DNA of 50,198 nt, from the IMG/VR virus record IMGVR_UViG_3300027868_000002, positions 1 to 50,198 of that record. The stretch is one strand, 5' to 3'. Source of the stretch: a virus. Taxonomy: Duplodnaviria; Caudoviricetes. Shown one piece after another: positions 36,256-45,279 of this stretch. The notes under the pieces are model-generated. The model was not told where the DNA came from. It saw only the letters and a program-made list of their open reading frames with translations, and made no database searches. The translations under genes and the position numbers were made by a program. Position 1 is the first letter of the stretch; each line of letters begins with the position of its first letter.

Positions 36256-36627
36256 TTACGTTGTGCCTGTGACAAGATATTCGTACTTAGGCGTCTGCCC
36301 AGATTCGCCTTTGACATACACGGTTCCAGCCGGATAAGTAATCACAACAGGTATGCCAGCCGCCTTAGCCGTTTGGTCTGCATCAAATGAACTTACAAAA
36401 TCACAGTCTATATCAACATCATAGTCAACTGCGTATAAAACAATAGCTGTTACTGTTGATACATCACCCAAGTCTAAGGCTTCTGCCGTATCAGCGGTTG
36501 CTATAGTACGATACATGTGTGCTTCTGCCGTTGGTGTAGTCTCATCAGTGCCTTTTTTTATAAAAGATATTTCTTCGCCTAAACCAGTTAGTTTAGCAAT
36601 TATATTAACATCAAATGATGCTGCCAT
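36256..36627 (-). CDS. Small virion protein
   Basis: GAAAGGA RBS before MAASF; beta-rich. Confidence 0.6.
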   Translation of the reverse strand: MAASFDVNIIAKLTGLGEEISFIKKGTDETTPTAEAHMYRTIATADTAEALDLGDVSTVTAIVLYAVDYDVDIDCDFVSSFDADQTAKAAGIPVVITYPAGTVYVKGESGQTPKYEYLVTGTT

Positions 36628-36712
36628 GTTACGTCCTTTCAAAATGGTAACAAAGGGAAGTCCATTTCCCTCTGTTACTCAGGAGACAAGAAGCTTACTT
36701 GCCCATCTCCAA

Positions 36713-36922
36713 TTATTCTGATGTTTCAGTTTCTTCTTTTAATGTTTCTTCCAAATCTCTAATATCTTTCTCCAACTTAAATGACAACTTAACTCTGCCA
36801 GAAATTATTCCCATTGTCTGCCTTATGTCGTCATGTTCAGAGCGAGTCAAAGGCGGGCTGATACATCTTGCCAATAAGCTATCAATTTGCTGCAAATCAT
36901 TTAACAAATCTTTCTCATTCAT
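36713..36922 (-). CDS. Hypothetical protein
   Basis: ORF track, operon position. Confidence 0.55.
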   Translation of the reverse strand: MNEKDLLNDLQQIDSLLARCISPPLTRSEHDDIRQTMGIISGRVKLSFKLEKDIRDLEETLKEETETSE

Positions 36923-36932
36923 TTCTTGTCCC

Positions 36933-37118
36933 CTAACTATCCACTTTAATTTCTACTTTTAACGTGCTTTCGCCATTGGCCAACCAACTAAGGATAGCCG
37001 CATTTTCTTGGCCAAGATTAATTCCACAAATTGTCACAGTGTCATTATCATTATTAGTATGTAAATGCACACATGATGGTTCTGCTGTAAATTCACAAGT
37101 CTCACCAATTTCCGGCAT
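36933..37118 (-). CDS. Small protein, paralog 2
   Basis: MPEIGETCEFT..P..V...AAILSWLANG...EIK. Confidence 0.7.
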   Translation of the reverse strand: MPEIGETCEFTAEPSCVHLHTNNDNDTVTICGINLGQENAAILSWLANGESTLKVEIKVDS

Positions 37119-37120
37119 GT

Positions 37121-37312
37121 CTATTCCTCACTTACCTTTTTAATTCTTATCTCTAAGTCATCATTTCCGTTTAACAGCCACGCTAAAGTAGCGGCGTCAC
37201 TTTGAGTTATGGTTATACTACTAACACCTAATTCGCTGCCGTTATTCCTTGCATGAAATACAACATGAGCCGGACTGATAGTGAATTTACATACTTTATC
37301 AATGTTCGGCAT
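37121..37312 (-). CDS. Small protein, paralog 1
   Basis: MPNIDKVCKFT..P..V...AATLAWLLNG...RIK. Confidence 0.7.
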   Translation of the reverse strand: MPNIDKVCKFTISPAHVVFHARNNGSELGVSSITITQSDAATLAWLLNGNDDLEIRIKKVSEE

Positions 37313-37323
37313 AATTACTTTTC

Positions 37324-37360
37324 AAAAATAAAGATAGCCCCACCAAATGGAAGGGCTATC
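37324..37360 (-). terminator. Intrinsic terminator after capsid genes
   Basis: GATAGCCC/GGGCTATC stem followed on - strand by TTTATTTTT. Confidence 0.8.
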
Positions 37361-37376
37361 CTCATACGTCTTTATA

Positions 37377-38585
37377 TTAAGGAATACTATCAACGGCAAT
37401 CAGATAAAAGGTACTTCCACCAAGAACAATCGGAATTACTTTATCATTGGTATCAACAGTAACATCACCAGTACATGCAGCATAATCAACAGCATCAGAC
37501 TCGATGTTGAATAAATTAACAAAGCCATGATCCGCAGCATCTTTATCGATACGGAATACAGTATTCATAGCAGTATTAATTGTTCCACGTGTACGAAGTC
37601 GCATACCAAATTCCTCAGTGGCAGCAGTACCTTCACGGTTGATTGCAACATCTAAACCACCGAAGTAGGATTTAGTACCAGACGTTAAATCCTGCGCGTC
37701 AATTTGACATGCGATACCATTGGTAATATTTCCACTACCTGATTTCAACGAAATTGAAATATTAGCACCATAGATATGACCAAGTGTTCCGGCACTTCTA
37801 TTGCTTATAGAACAATTGATACCTCTATAAGTGTAGTTAGTGTCGTTTTGAGCATAGTTGCTGCCAGAAACATGCAGATAAGCACTATAACCATCGCCTG
37901 TAGTATCATAAGCTGCGGCCTTATCACCAGACAACTCTAACAAATAAGTTTGTGCGGCAGTTGTGCCGACAAAGAGGTTATCACCATCAATCTTTACGCC
38001 ATACTCACGACCACTTGTAGCAGAAGAACGTACTGGCGCAAAATAACCATTAGTAGCCGTAATTTGCTGTCCTGTACGTGACAATCTTGCAAGAGCAATG
38101 CCGTTGGTACTTGAACGGTCAACAGTTTCCTCTACTGTTGCACACGGTACTGGAGTGCCATCACCAGTAACAGCCTGTAGAATGTAAGAATCATCGGTAA
38201 TACCAAGTGACTGCCCAATAGTACAGTCTTTATTGGTATAAACAGGAATACAAGCACCATTTGGAATATAAATATCAACAGCACCAGGGCCAGTAAAACC
38301 ATTTGAATGGCCCACTACAACACCAGCAAGCCACTGTAAGTTGGCCGTAGCTGGCTTTTCAACTCTAATAAACTTACCTTCATTCTGAGAACCTTCTGCC
38401 GTAGTCCCGCTTTCCGTTATCGAAGACGCGGTAGATGTAGCATCAACACTACTAACACCCATCCAGTTGTCCGTTGTATCTTGATTATAGCACAACGCAT
38501 AACCCTGGTAGATGGTATCGCTACCTTCGTAGTAAACGGTAATGGCCTCAGACTTCGGGTCTAAACCCCATGTAGGAAAACCCAT
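37377..38585 (-). CDS. Capsid decoration/cement protein with C-terminal beta-rich extension
   Basis: Directly after MCP; N-terminal cement-like domain, C-terminal beta-helix-like repeats. Confidence 0.55.
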   Translation of the reverse strand: MGFPTWGLDPKSEAITVYYEGSDTIYQGYALCYNQDTTDNWMGVSSVDATSTASSITESGTTAEGSQNEGKFIRVEKPATANLQWLAGVVVGHSNGFTGPGAVDIYIPNGACIPVYTNKDCTIGQSLGITDDSYILQAVTGDGTPVPCATVEETVDRSSTNGIALARLSRTGQQITATNGYFAPVRSSATSGREYGVKIDGDNLFVGTTAAQTYLLELSGDKAAAYDTTGDGYSAYLHVSGSNYAQNDTNYTYRGINCSISNRSAGTLGHIYGANISISLKSGSGNITNGIACQIDAQDLTSGTKSYFGGLDVAINREGTAATEEFGMRLRTRGTINTAMNTVFRIDKDAADHGFVNLFNIESDAVDYAACTGDVTVDTNDKVIPIVLGGSTFYLIAVDSIP

Positions 38586-38615
38586 ATTATTTACCTTACC
38601 TTTCTTTTATATTAA

Positions 38616-39728
38616 TTAACTACTCGGATGTTGTGAAATCAAGAATCCGGCCTTTTTAGGCACGTCACACCATGTTTGATAACCACAATCAATAAATTTA
38701 TCACCTACAAGATGCCGATTATAGTGGTTAGATTCTGATAATGTCATATTCCAATCCTTCAAATATGTGGGGTACAACACATTCATATTGATACCGAAAA
38801 TAGGATCAGTACCATATAGCGAAGTACGGGCGGTATCGAGAATATCAACCCACACTAAACGAATAGCACCAGGAAGCGGAATCATGCTTAGTGGATAGTA
38901 GCCATTTGCAAACGGATTTGGGCCGACCTGACTGTTCAGCCTTGCATACAATGTGTTCAAAGTCAGCATAACATTCTTGGAGCTAAAACATGCGTACTTA
39001 TTTACACGCGCCATAACCGGATCGGGAACATCTACCGGAGGCTTGAAGTTCAATCTCATCATAGCTTCATTGCAAATACGCATCAAACTCTCATCAATAC
39101 TACCTTGATGGTCAGCATAGTAGTTGGCCATCTCAGGGTTGAGAGACGCGGTACTGTTCAAGTTACCCTTTGAATACGCAGTACCAGGAGTGCTGCCATC
39201 ATTATACCGACCTTTATAGCCAGTATATCCGCCAGTAGATGATGCCGTACCAACAGCCAACCACGTATTAATTGACATCATTGAATCAACATCAGACGCA
39301 CTTGTCGGGCCAGTCCAATAAGCAAGACGTATTTCGTCTATCAATTCAGCTTTACATTTACGATACTGCAATCTAACAGCATCAAAAATCTTTTCATCAC
39401 CACTATTAGCCGATACTTCCATTTTGTTAAACGCCATTGCTCCACCGTAATACTTAAATGGAGTAATGGAATACTCTTTGGTAATTTGTTTGACAGCAAT
39501 AGTGTCTTGCGCCCAGGGGTTTTTAGCTCCGGCATTACCAACCGTACCTGTAGTTATAAACCCTTTAAGCTCATCGCCTGTCACCTGCATAATCTGAGGG
39601 TGCATCCAGATGTTCAAATCCTCATACGTTTCATACGCATAAGTGAGAGGCGGCTCTTTAATCATAAAACGCTCTAATGTACCATGTAGTACATCGAGGT
39701 TTTGTTCAAATGTAGGTTCACCTGCCAT
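38616..39728 (-). CDS. Major capsid protein (HK97 fold, inferred)
   Basis: ~370 aa after acidic scaffold; E...NSG..KI.D motif; position. Confidence 0.75.
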   Translation of the reverse strand: MAGEPTFEQNLDVLHGTLERFMIKEPPLTYAYETYEDLNIWMHPQIMQVTGDELKGFITTGTVGNAGAKNPWAQDTIAVKQITKEYSITPFKYYGGAMAFNKMEVSANSGDEKIFDAVRLQYRKCKAELIDEIRLAYWTGPTSASDVDSMMSINTWLAVGTASSTGGYTGYKGRYNDGSTPGTAYSKGNLNSTASLNPEMANYYADHQGSIDESLMRICNEAMMRLNFKPPVDVPDPVMARVNKYACFSSKNVMLTLNTLYARLNSQVGPNPFANGYYPLSMIPLPGAIRLVWVDILDTARTSLYGTDPIFGINMNVLYPTYLKDWNMTLSESNHYNRHLVGDKFIDCGYQTWCDVPKKAGFLISQHPSS

Positions 39729-39787
39729 TTTATTCACCTGCCATTAGTCATTAATCATTCCTTTTATACAGTCCTTTACACTAAGAC

Positions 39788-40750
39788 TCAATCAATACCA
39801 GCGTCTCTCTTCATTTGTCGAATATCATCAAGAATTTCTTCGCGGGTGTCAGCGTATTTCTTTTTAGTTTCCCTTCCTACACGCGCACCTGAGAGCTTCG
39901 TTTCGTGGTTCTTCAAGTCCTGAATCGCTTTCCTTTGCGATTCTTTTTCGAGGTGCAGACCTTTATAAGTCGCAAGAGCGTTAGCCATAGCGGTATCTAT
40001 GTCCACCCCCCGACCCATAAAGGCATCTGCGTACCTTACAACTTCCAGCCTTGCCTTCATAGCCGGACTCGTTGGTATCAACTGTCCAGCCAAACGACCA
40101 GAAGGAAACACAGGAAGCTCGTCTGTTTTCCCGAATACGGGAAATTCTTTAGAAGCCTCATCAAATATTTTAGAAGTCATATCGAACTCTTGTTTCTTCG
40201 ACTGCTCCTCTTGATAGGCTTTAAATTTATCAATTTCTTCCAGAGTTGTTCCGAATTTTTCCTCAAGTTGCTTAGATATTTTTTCGGTTACACTCTCTAT
40301 TAGTTTTGGGTCAATGTCTTTGTTTTCTTCATCCTTGTTTGTGTTGTCATCCTGTTCATTAGCTTCTTCTTTGTCTGACTCTTGTAAAGAAGACTGAAGA
40401 GTCGGTATCATTTCTATTAGCTGTTCATCAGTGTGTTTATTGGCCATATCAATAATATCAGCGGCTTCCATTCCAGCGACTTCGGCGGCATCAGCAAAAG
40501 CATTAGGTATATCTGTGCCAGCTAAATCAGGAATAACACCGCTGTCGCTATCTTGTGCCTTATCACCAACATCAGAATCAGCGTCATCACCAGGTTCTGA
40601 TTTCTTAGCGTCTTTTATGAAATCAATTGTTTCAGCCATAAACTCAGAGTCAGATTGCGGTGCAACATCTTTGTTATCATCAACTTGGCCATCATTAACC
40701 TGACCATCATCAGGTTTATGGTCATTAACTTGTATATTATCATCTGGCAT
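39788..40750 (-). CDS. Capsid scaffolding protein
   Basis: Highly acidic N-half, coiled coil, directly before MCP. Confidence 0.7.
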   Translation of the reverse strand: MPDDNIQVNDHKPDDGQVNDGQVDDNKDVAPQSDSEFMAETIDFIKDAKKSEPGDDADSDVGDKAQDSDSGVIPDLAGTDIPNAFADAAEVAGMEAADIIDMANKHTDEQLIEMIPTLQSSLQESDKEEANEQDDNTNKDEENKDIDPKLIESVTEKISKQLEEKFGTTLEEIDKFKAYQEEQSKKQEFDMTSKIFDEASKEFPVFGKTDELPVFPSGRLAGQLIPTSPAMKARLEVVRYADAFMGRGVDIDTAMANALATYKGLHLEKESQRKAIQDLKNHETKLSGARVGRETKKKYADTREEILDDIRQMKRDAGID

Positions 40751-41064
40751 TATTTTGTCTCCTTACTATCATCTTTCTTAATGCCCTTAGCCGCCCTTGC
40801 TTTTGCCATTCTATCAACCTTATCAGCCACTTTCATCTCGGCCTTAAATTCATTCAACTCCTCTTTGATAATCTGCCTTACTCCATCAGCATCCAGCTTT
40901 TCACCTAAATTTATTTCAGGACGATTGAGCGCCATCGCTTCGGCCTTGTTTTTTACAGTCGGATACTCGGCACGACAAATAGGACATTTACCAGCTTTGT
41001 CAAGAGCACCTGGTCTGAAGTCGGCTTCACAGATACAACATTTGTGGACAATATCATTACTCAT
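40750..41064 (-). CDS. Zinc-finger protein
   Basis: CCIC...CPIC. Confidence 0.65.
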   Translation of the reverse strand: MSNDIVHKCCICEADFRPGALDKAGKCPICRAEYPTVKNKAEAMALNRPEINLGEKLDADGVRQIIKEELNEFKAEMKVADKVDRMAKARAAKGIKKDDSKETK

Positions 41065-41266
41065 TTTTTGTGTCTCCTATCTATTAAAAACTAAATTTCC
41101 AAATACAAAAACAAACTCAATTATTATAGTAAGAAATATCCATGATTTAAGTTTTATTAACTTAATCTCTTCTCTTTTTATAATATTATAGCCAACAACC
41201 CATTTTACCAAGAAAAGTATTAATAACATAATTAAAACAATTGATCTTACCATTGTTTGTCTCCTA

Positions 41267-41512
41267 TTAAAATTCAATATTAATAACATCAAAATTGTAA
41301 TTAAGATCATCACGATCTTCACTGGTATTTTGATCCAAACCAATAAGTTTTATCTTAGCTTTAACTTCAAATGTTTTTCCTATTGATGACTTATCTAAAG
41401 ATAATTTCTTTCTAACATAAAAACTTGGATAGCTTACTTTATTTTTTACAGGTTCAGATATTGCATCATATCTTTCTTTTGTTCCCAAATTTGTTCTTTT
41501 ATATTTTGCCAT
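41267..41512 (-). CDS. Hypothetical protein
   Basis: ORF track, operon position. Confidence 0.6.
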   Translation of the reverse strand: MAKYKRTNLGTKERYDAISEPVKNKVSYPSFYVRKKLSLDKSSIGKTFEVKAKIKLIGLDQNTSEDRDDLNYNFDVINIEF

Positions 41513-41515
41513 AGC

Positions 41516-41890
41516 TTAAAACTCCACAAAATTCATTTCTTTAAGGTACTTTTTATAGTGAGTTTTATTTTTAATCACAGGCATATAGCAGCCGTTATGT
41601 TCACGAAAATCTGTCCCAGGATGTTTCTTATGTGCCTCTGCTTTTTGGTTCATCAAATAGCTGGCTGCATAAGGACGAGTTCCGTTATCACCTTCAAATT
41701 GATACTCCATCATTTGACTATCAACATTACCACCAGCATGTTGGGCCAATAGATTTTGATGTGCCATTTTTTTACACATAGGACATCTAAACTTTGGTTT
41801 CCAATCTTTTACAGACATGGGGCGTTCAAATGTATGGCCACAGCCGTTTTTGGAACTACATGTATAGACGTATATCACTTTAATTTTCAA
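41516..41890 (-). CDS. FmdB-like zinc-ribbon protein
   Basis: Y.Y.C...CGHTFE...CPMC. Confidence 0.75.
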   Translation of the reverse strand: MKIKVIYVYTCSSKNGCGHTFERPMSVKDWKPKFRCPMCKKMAHQNLLAQHAGGNVDSQMMEYQFEGDNGTRPYAASYLMNQKAEAHKKHPGTDFREHNGCYMPVIKNKTHYKKYLKEMNFVEF

Positions 41891-42050
41891 TCAAAGACGT
41901 ATTAGCGTCTCTAATTTCCAAGACTTTAATTAATTCTGCCCTTACTGCCTCTGCTTTACTCTCATCTGCAAATCTGTCCCACAATAATTTTAACTCTTCG
42001 TGTTGCATTTCTTTAACTTGTTCAATTGTATATTCTTCTAAACATTTCAT
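41880..42050 (-). CDS. Hypothetical protein
   Basis: AGGAG RBS before MKCLEE. Confidence 0.55.
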   Translation of the reverse strand: MKCLEEYTIEQVKEMQHEELKLLWDRFADESKAEAVRAELIKVLEIRDANTSLIEN

Positions 42051-42051
42051 A

Positions 42052-42321
42052 TTATTGTCTCCTAAAATTAAGTCGCCATAAAAACTTGGCAATTTCTCTT
42101 GCAGTTCTATCTACTACATCTTCACCTTTAGCCCATTGTTCTGCGTGTAAACATTCGTGTATTATTGATTCCAGTCCTTTATAATTATTTACATCTTCAC
42201 ATATCATAATCACCGGTTTGCATTGGTATGGATAATCACACTTACCATCAATAGCTTTTCCATATAAATCTATATCAAATCTAACCCTATTAAAAGTATG
42301 TGTTTTCACTGGTCGCATCAT
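42052..42321 (-). CDS. Small HEXXH metallopeptidase-like protein
   Basis: IIHECLHA...E. Confidence 0.75.
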   Translation of the reverse strand: MMRPVKTHTFNRVRFDIDLYGKAIDGKCDYPYQCKPVIMICEDVNNYKGLESIIHECLHAEQWAKGEDVVDRTAREIAKFLWRLNFRRQ

Positions 42322-42476
42322 TTACTTCTATGATATTTAGCCTTACTTTTCTTTTCTCTACTCGGCTTCCAGCCCATTCTACGTAAACCACCGTATATAT
42401 ACCTTCTAAGACGTTTACCAACAAAGCCTTTCTTTCGTCCTGACCTTTTAAGCTTTGCCTTTAATTCTTCCGGCAT
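42318..42476 (-). CDS. 52-aa basic virion-associated protein (not in ORF track)
   Basis: MPEELKAKLKR...YIYGGLRRMGWKPSREK; coupled by TAATG and ATGA overlaps. Confidence 0.7.
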   Translation of the reverse strand: MPEELKAKLKRSGRKKGFVGKRLRRYIYGGLRRMGWKPSREKKSKAKYHRSK

Positions 42477-43480
42477 TACTTAACCTCGTAGTATTCCGTA
42501 TTCTCAGTATAATTATAATATGGATTTGTATGCACAGGTGCTTCCTCAAATTCATACTTATCCATAATAAACATCAGCCGTATCTGTTCAATATCCGGTA
42601 TAAATAAATCACACGGCATAGCACAATTAAGAACAGGGGAATAGCCTCCAACAAGAACACCTCTAACGACACCGTCAAGTGTAAATATAGCACCACCGCT
42701 ATTACCTGGATGGGCAGCACTGTCCGAAGTGAAAGCAATTTCCCAACCATAAGGCTCTCCAGTCCAGGGATCAACCATGTCCCAATCTCTATTCAAACCC
42801 GATATAATCCCTTTCGACACCGAATTGAAGTTAATGTCACCATAAGGTGAACCTATTATGAATATGTCTTGGCCTAATTTACAATCTTTAATGCTGCCAA
42901 TCTCAACAACATCATTCATATCCTCTTCAATCCAGATAAAACCAACATCATGCTCTTTATCCGATACCGCTCTTGTTGCATGAGCTTTTTTACCACAATT
43001 AAAAGTAATTTCAAAATCCTCAACATCTTCTACAACATGTCTTGCCGTACATATAATGTGCTTATCAATTATAAATCCTGAACCTTGCCACTGAGGGCAT
43101 CTAACATGAACAACACTTTTGGCCGATTGCGCTACTATGTCTGTAAAATTAGGTTCATTATTTTCTTTTAATTCTCGTATCTCTTCAAGTATGTCTACAT
43201 CACGCTCATATGAATCTATCGACATTCTTTTTATTTCTTTTTTAGTTTGTTGAATTATATCTGTAAAATTAGGTTCTTGTGGAGTATTTGGTTCAACAAT
43301 AACATCAAGTTTTTCTGCCAAAATTGGTTCGTTAGGTTCTATTACGACTGTAGTAGTATTGTTTGTATCTCCTAAAAGTATTAATCTTGGGGCTAAAAAT
43401 TTAGCAAAACAAACAGACACCAAAAATATTACTAAAATAACTAAGATACCTAATCCATTCTTGTTAAGCCATTTTCTCAT
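42476..43480 (-). CDS. Membrane-anchored trypsin-like (S1C/HtrA-like) serine protease
   Basis: N-terminal TM; GSGFII, TARHV (His), DVG (Asp), PGNSGG (Ser). Confidence 0.9.
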   Translation of the reverse strand: MRKWLNKNGLGILVILVIFLVSVCFAKFLAPRLILLGDTNNTTTVVIEPNEPILAEKLDVIVEPNTPQEPNFTDIIQQTKKEIKRMSIDSYERDVDILEEIRELKENNEPNFTDIVAQSAKSVVHVRCPQWQGSGFIIDKHIICTARHVVEDVEDFEITFNCGKKAHATRAVSDKEHDVGFIWIEEDMNDVVEIGSIKDCKLGQDIFIIGSPYGDINFNSVSKGIISGLNRDWDMVDPWTGEPYGWEIAFTSDSAAHPGNSGGAIFTLDGVVRGVLVGGYSPVLNCAMPCDLFIPDIEQIRLMFIMDKYEFEEAPVHTNPYYNYTENTEYYEVK

Positions 43481-45276
43481 GTTTGTGCTCCTTGTCCCCC
43501 TGTGTTAGTGAGTCTATCAATTCCAGTACCATTCCTAAGATCGAACCCTTGTGAATTGGCCTCACGCGAGGGTAGCGTAGCACCCAACTGATCGTTCATC
43601 TGGCCTGGATTTTTATTTTCACCTTTACCTGTCTTCATCAAGTAATCAACATCTGGATTATCCCCTGGCAATACAGATTTATACCATTGTGGAAAACTAT
43701 CAAATCCACCGTGTTCTGCCAAGTAAGTGTCAACCATCTGTATGTCAATGTCAGCACCTTGTTCTCGCCTTAACTGCATTGTCGGCAGTATCCATGTGGT
43801 CATTAGTTGCAGCAACGATTGGTACTTCATCTCAGGCGTTTTTCGCTGTGTACTATACGGCACAACATCCAGAATCAATTGTGAAAAGTCAGCCACTTTA
43901 TCTGCTTTACTGAAATACACTGGATATTCATAATCGCCCAAACCTGGGACTTTTACAGTGTCCAGCACTTCCACATACGATGATGGGTTATCCATAACCA
44001 TGTTCGTCCACTTGCGGAGTATTGATGTCATCCAGCCATGAAATCTAATGTAATATGAATTAACCATCCTGGCAGCATTTGAAAACACCATTTGGTCTTG
44101 ACCTAATGTATCCGAAGTCGGGCCAGCACCCCTGAATATATCTGATGTAGTTGAACCAGCCTTTTGAAATTCATTATCAGCCCATTGAAGATATGCTAAA
44201 CCTTCACTTGAAACACCACCAAAGTCAAACTGCTTTACGCCATCCATTCCTTTGACTGTCATAATGTCCATGTGCTTTGCTTTTTTAACTGCCTCAGCAG
44301 CTTTCTTTCCGACTGGTTCAGCGGCTATAATAGATTTTTGTGCTTCTGCTTTCTGCCTTTCCGATTTTGCCACAACATTAGTAGATTCATCAAGGTCATA
44401 AATATCCCATGCTGGCGGAATAGGTATCGGGCAATTAGGAGGATACCTGTAGCCCAAATAGTCATACGGATTTGCTGGACTGTCAATAGTTTTCAAAACA
44501 ACAGCCTTATGTCCCATCGGCATTATTGTTTCAATTGTTTTCTCTTTACGATTGTATATATCTATGAAAGTGGAAAACTCCTCCAATGCCGCTTTATTAT
44601 AATCATAGCCGCCTTTAGATGTTATTTCTTCAGCACTATATTTAGTAGCAATCTTACAATCAGACTTAATATAATCCGCCACTTGCTTGCCATACTTGTT
44701 CTTTCTGGCAAATAAGTCTTTAGCATATTCAGTAGGTAATCTATACATATCACCTTCAAAGGCAAAATCCGCTCTAACTTTAACCGATGGGTCTCCAATA
44801 TAATCACACGGCTCTATAATTGCAACTTTAGGCGTACCGACTTTTATTCTTTCATTATTAATAGACACACATCTATCATATTCATTGAAAGTACGCGCAA
44901 TAGCTGGCCCGAAGTAAGAGGCTACTGCGCCTGGGATAAATACATTCTCAGCAAAGTTGTGCTTTTCAATAAGAAAGTTTACAATTAACTTCATTGCGTA
45001 TGCAAACGACCTAAGTTTAGGTGCTTTCGGTTCAATTGAAACTTTCGGATTACCTTCGGCCAAATATGATACACCAGCAGAAACGGCACGATTCATAAGG
45101 TTAATCAAATGCCATCGGCTATAACCTTTATTATAATACCCTGAAATCCATAGCTCTTGCAGTCTTTGTGAGTGATCTAAAGCACCTTCCCATTTTTTCT
45201 GCCATGTCTTCACTCTCTCTTGATAGCGAACTACGTGGTTGTGTTTAACATTCTTTTCTTCCAGTATATTAGCCAT
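43477..45276 (-). CDS. Portal protein
   Basis: 599 aa immediately after TerL; podovirus portal-like C-terminal features (TLGQDQM, IVPYS-like). Confidence 0.8.
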   Translation of the reverse strand: MANILEEKNVKHNHVVRYQERVKTWQKKWEGALDHSQRLQELWISGYYNKGYSRWHLINLMNRAVSAGVSYLAEGNPKVSIEPKAPKLRSFAYAMKLIVNFLIEKHNFAENVFIPGAVASYFGPAIARTFNEYDRCVSINNERIKVGTPKVAIIEPCDYIGDPSVKVRADFAFEGDMYRLPTEYAKDLFARKNKYGKQVADYIKSDCKIATKYSAEEITSKGGYDYNKAALEEFSTFIDIYNRKEKTIETIMPMGHKAVVLKTIDSPANPYDYLGYRYPPNCPIPIPPAWDIYDLDESTNVVAKSERQKAEAQKSIIAAEPVGKKAAEAVKKAKHMDIMTVKGMDGVKQFDFGGVSSEGLAYLQWADNEFQKAGSTTSDIFRGAGPTSDTLGQDQMVFSNAARMVNSYYIRFHGWMTSILRKWTNMVMDNPSSYVEVLDTVKVPGLGDYEYPVYFSKADKVADFSQLILDVVPYSTQRKTPEMKYQSLLQLMTTWILPTMQLRREQGADIDIQMVDTYLAEHGGFDSFPQWYKSVLPGDNPDVDYLMKTGKGENKNPGQMNDQLGATLPSREANSQGFDLRNGTGIDRLTNTGGQGAQT

Positions 45277-45279
45277 AAA

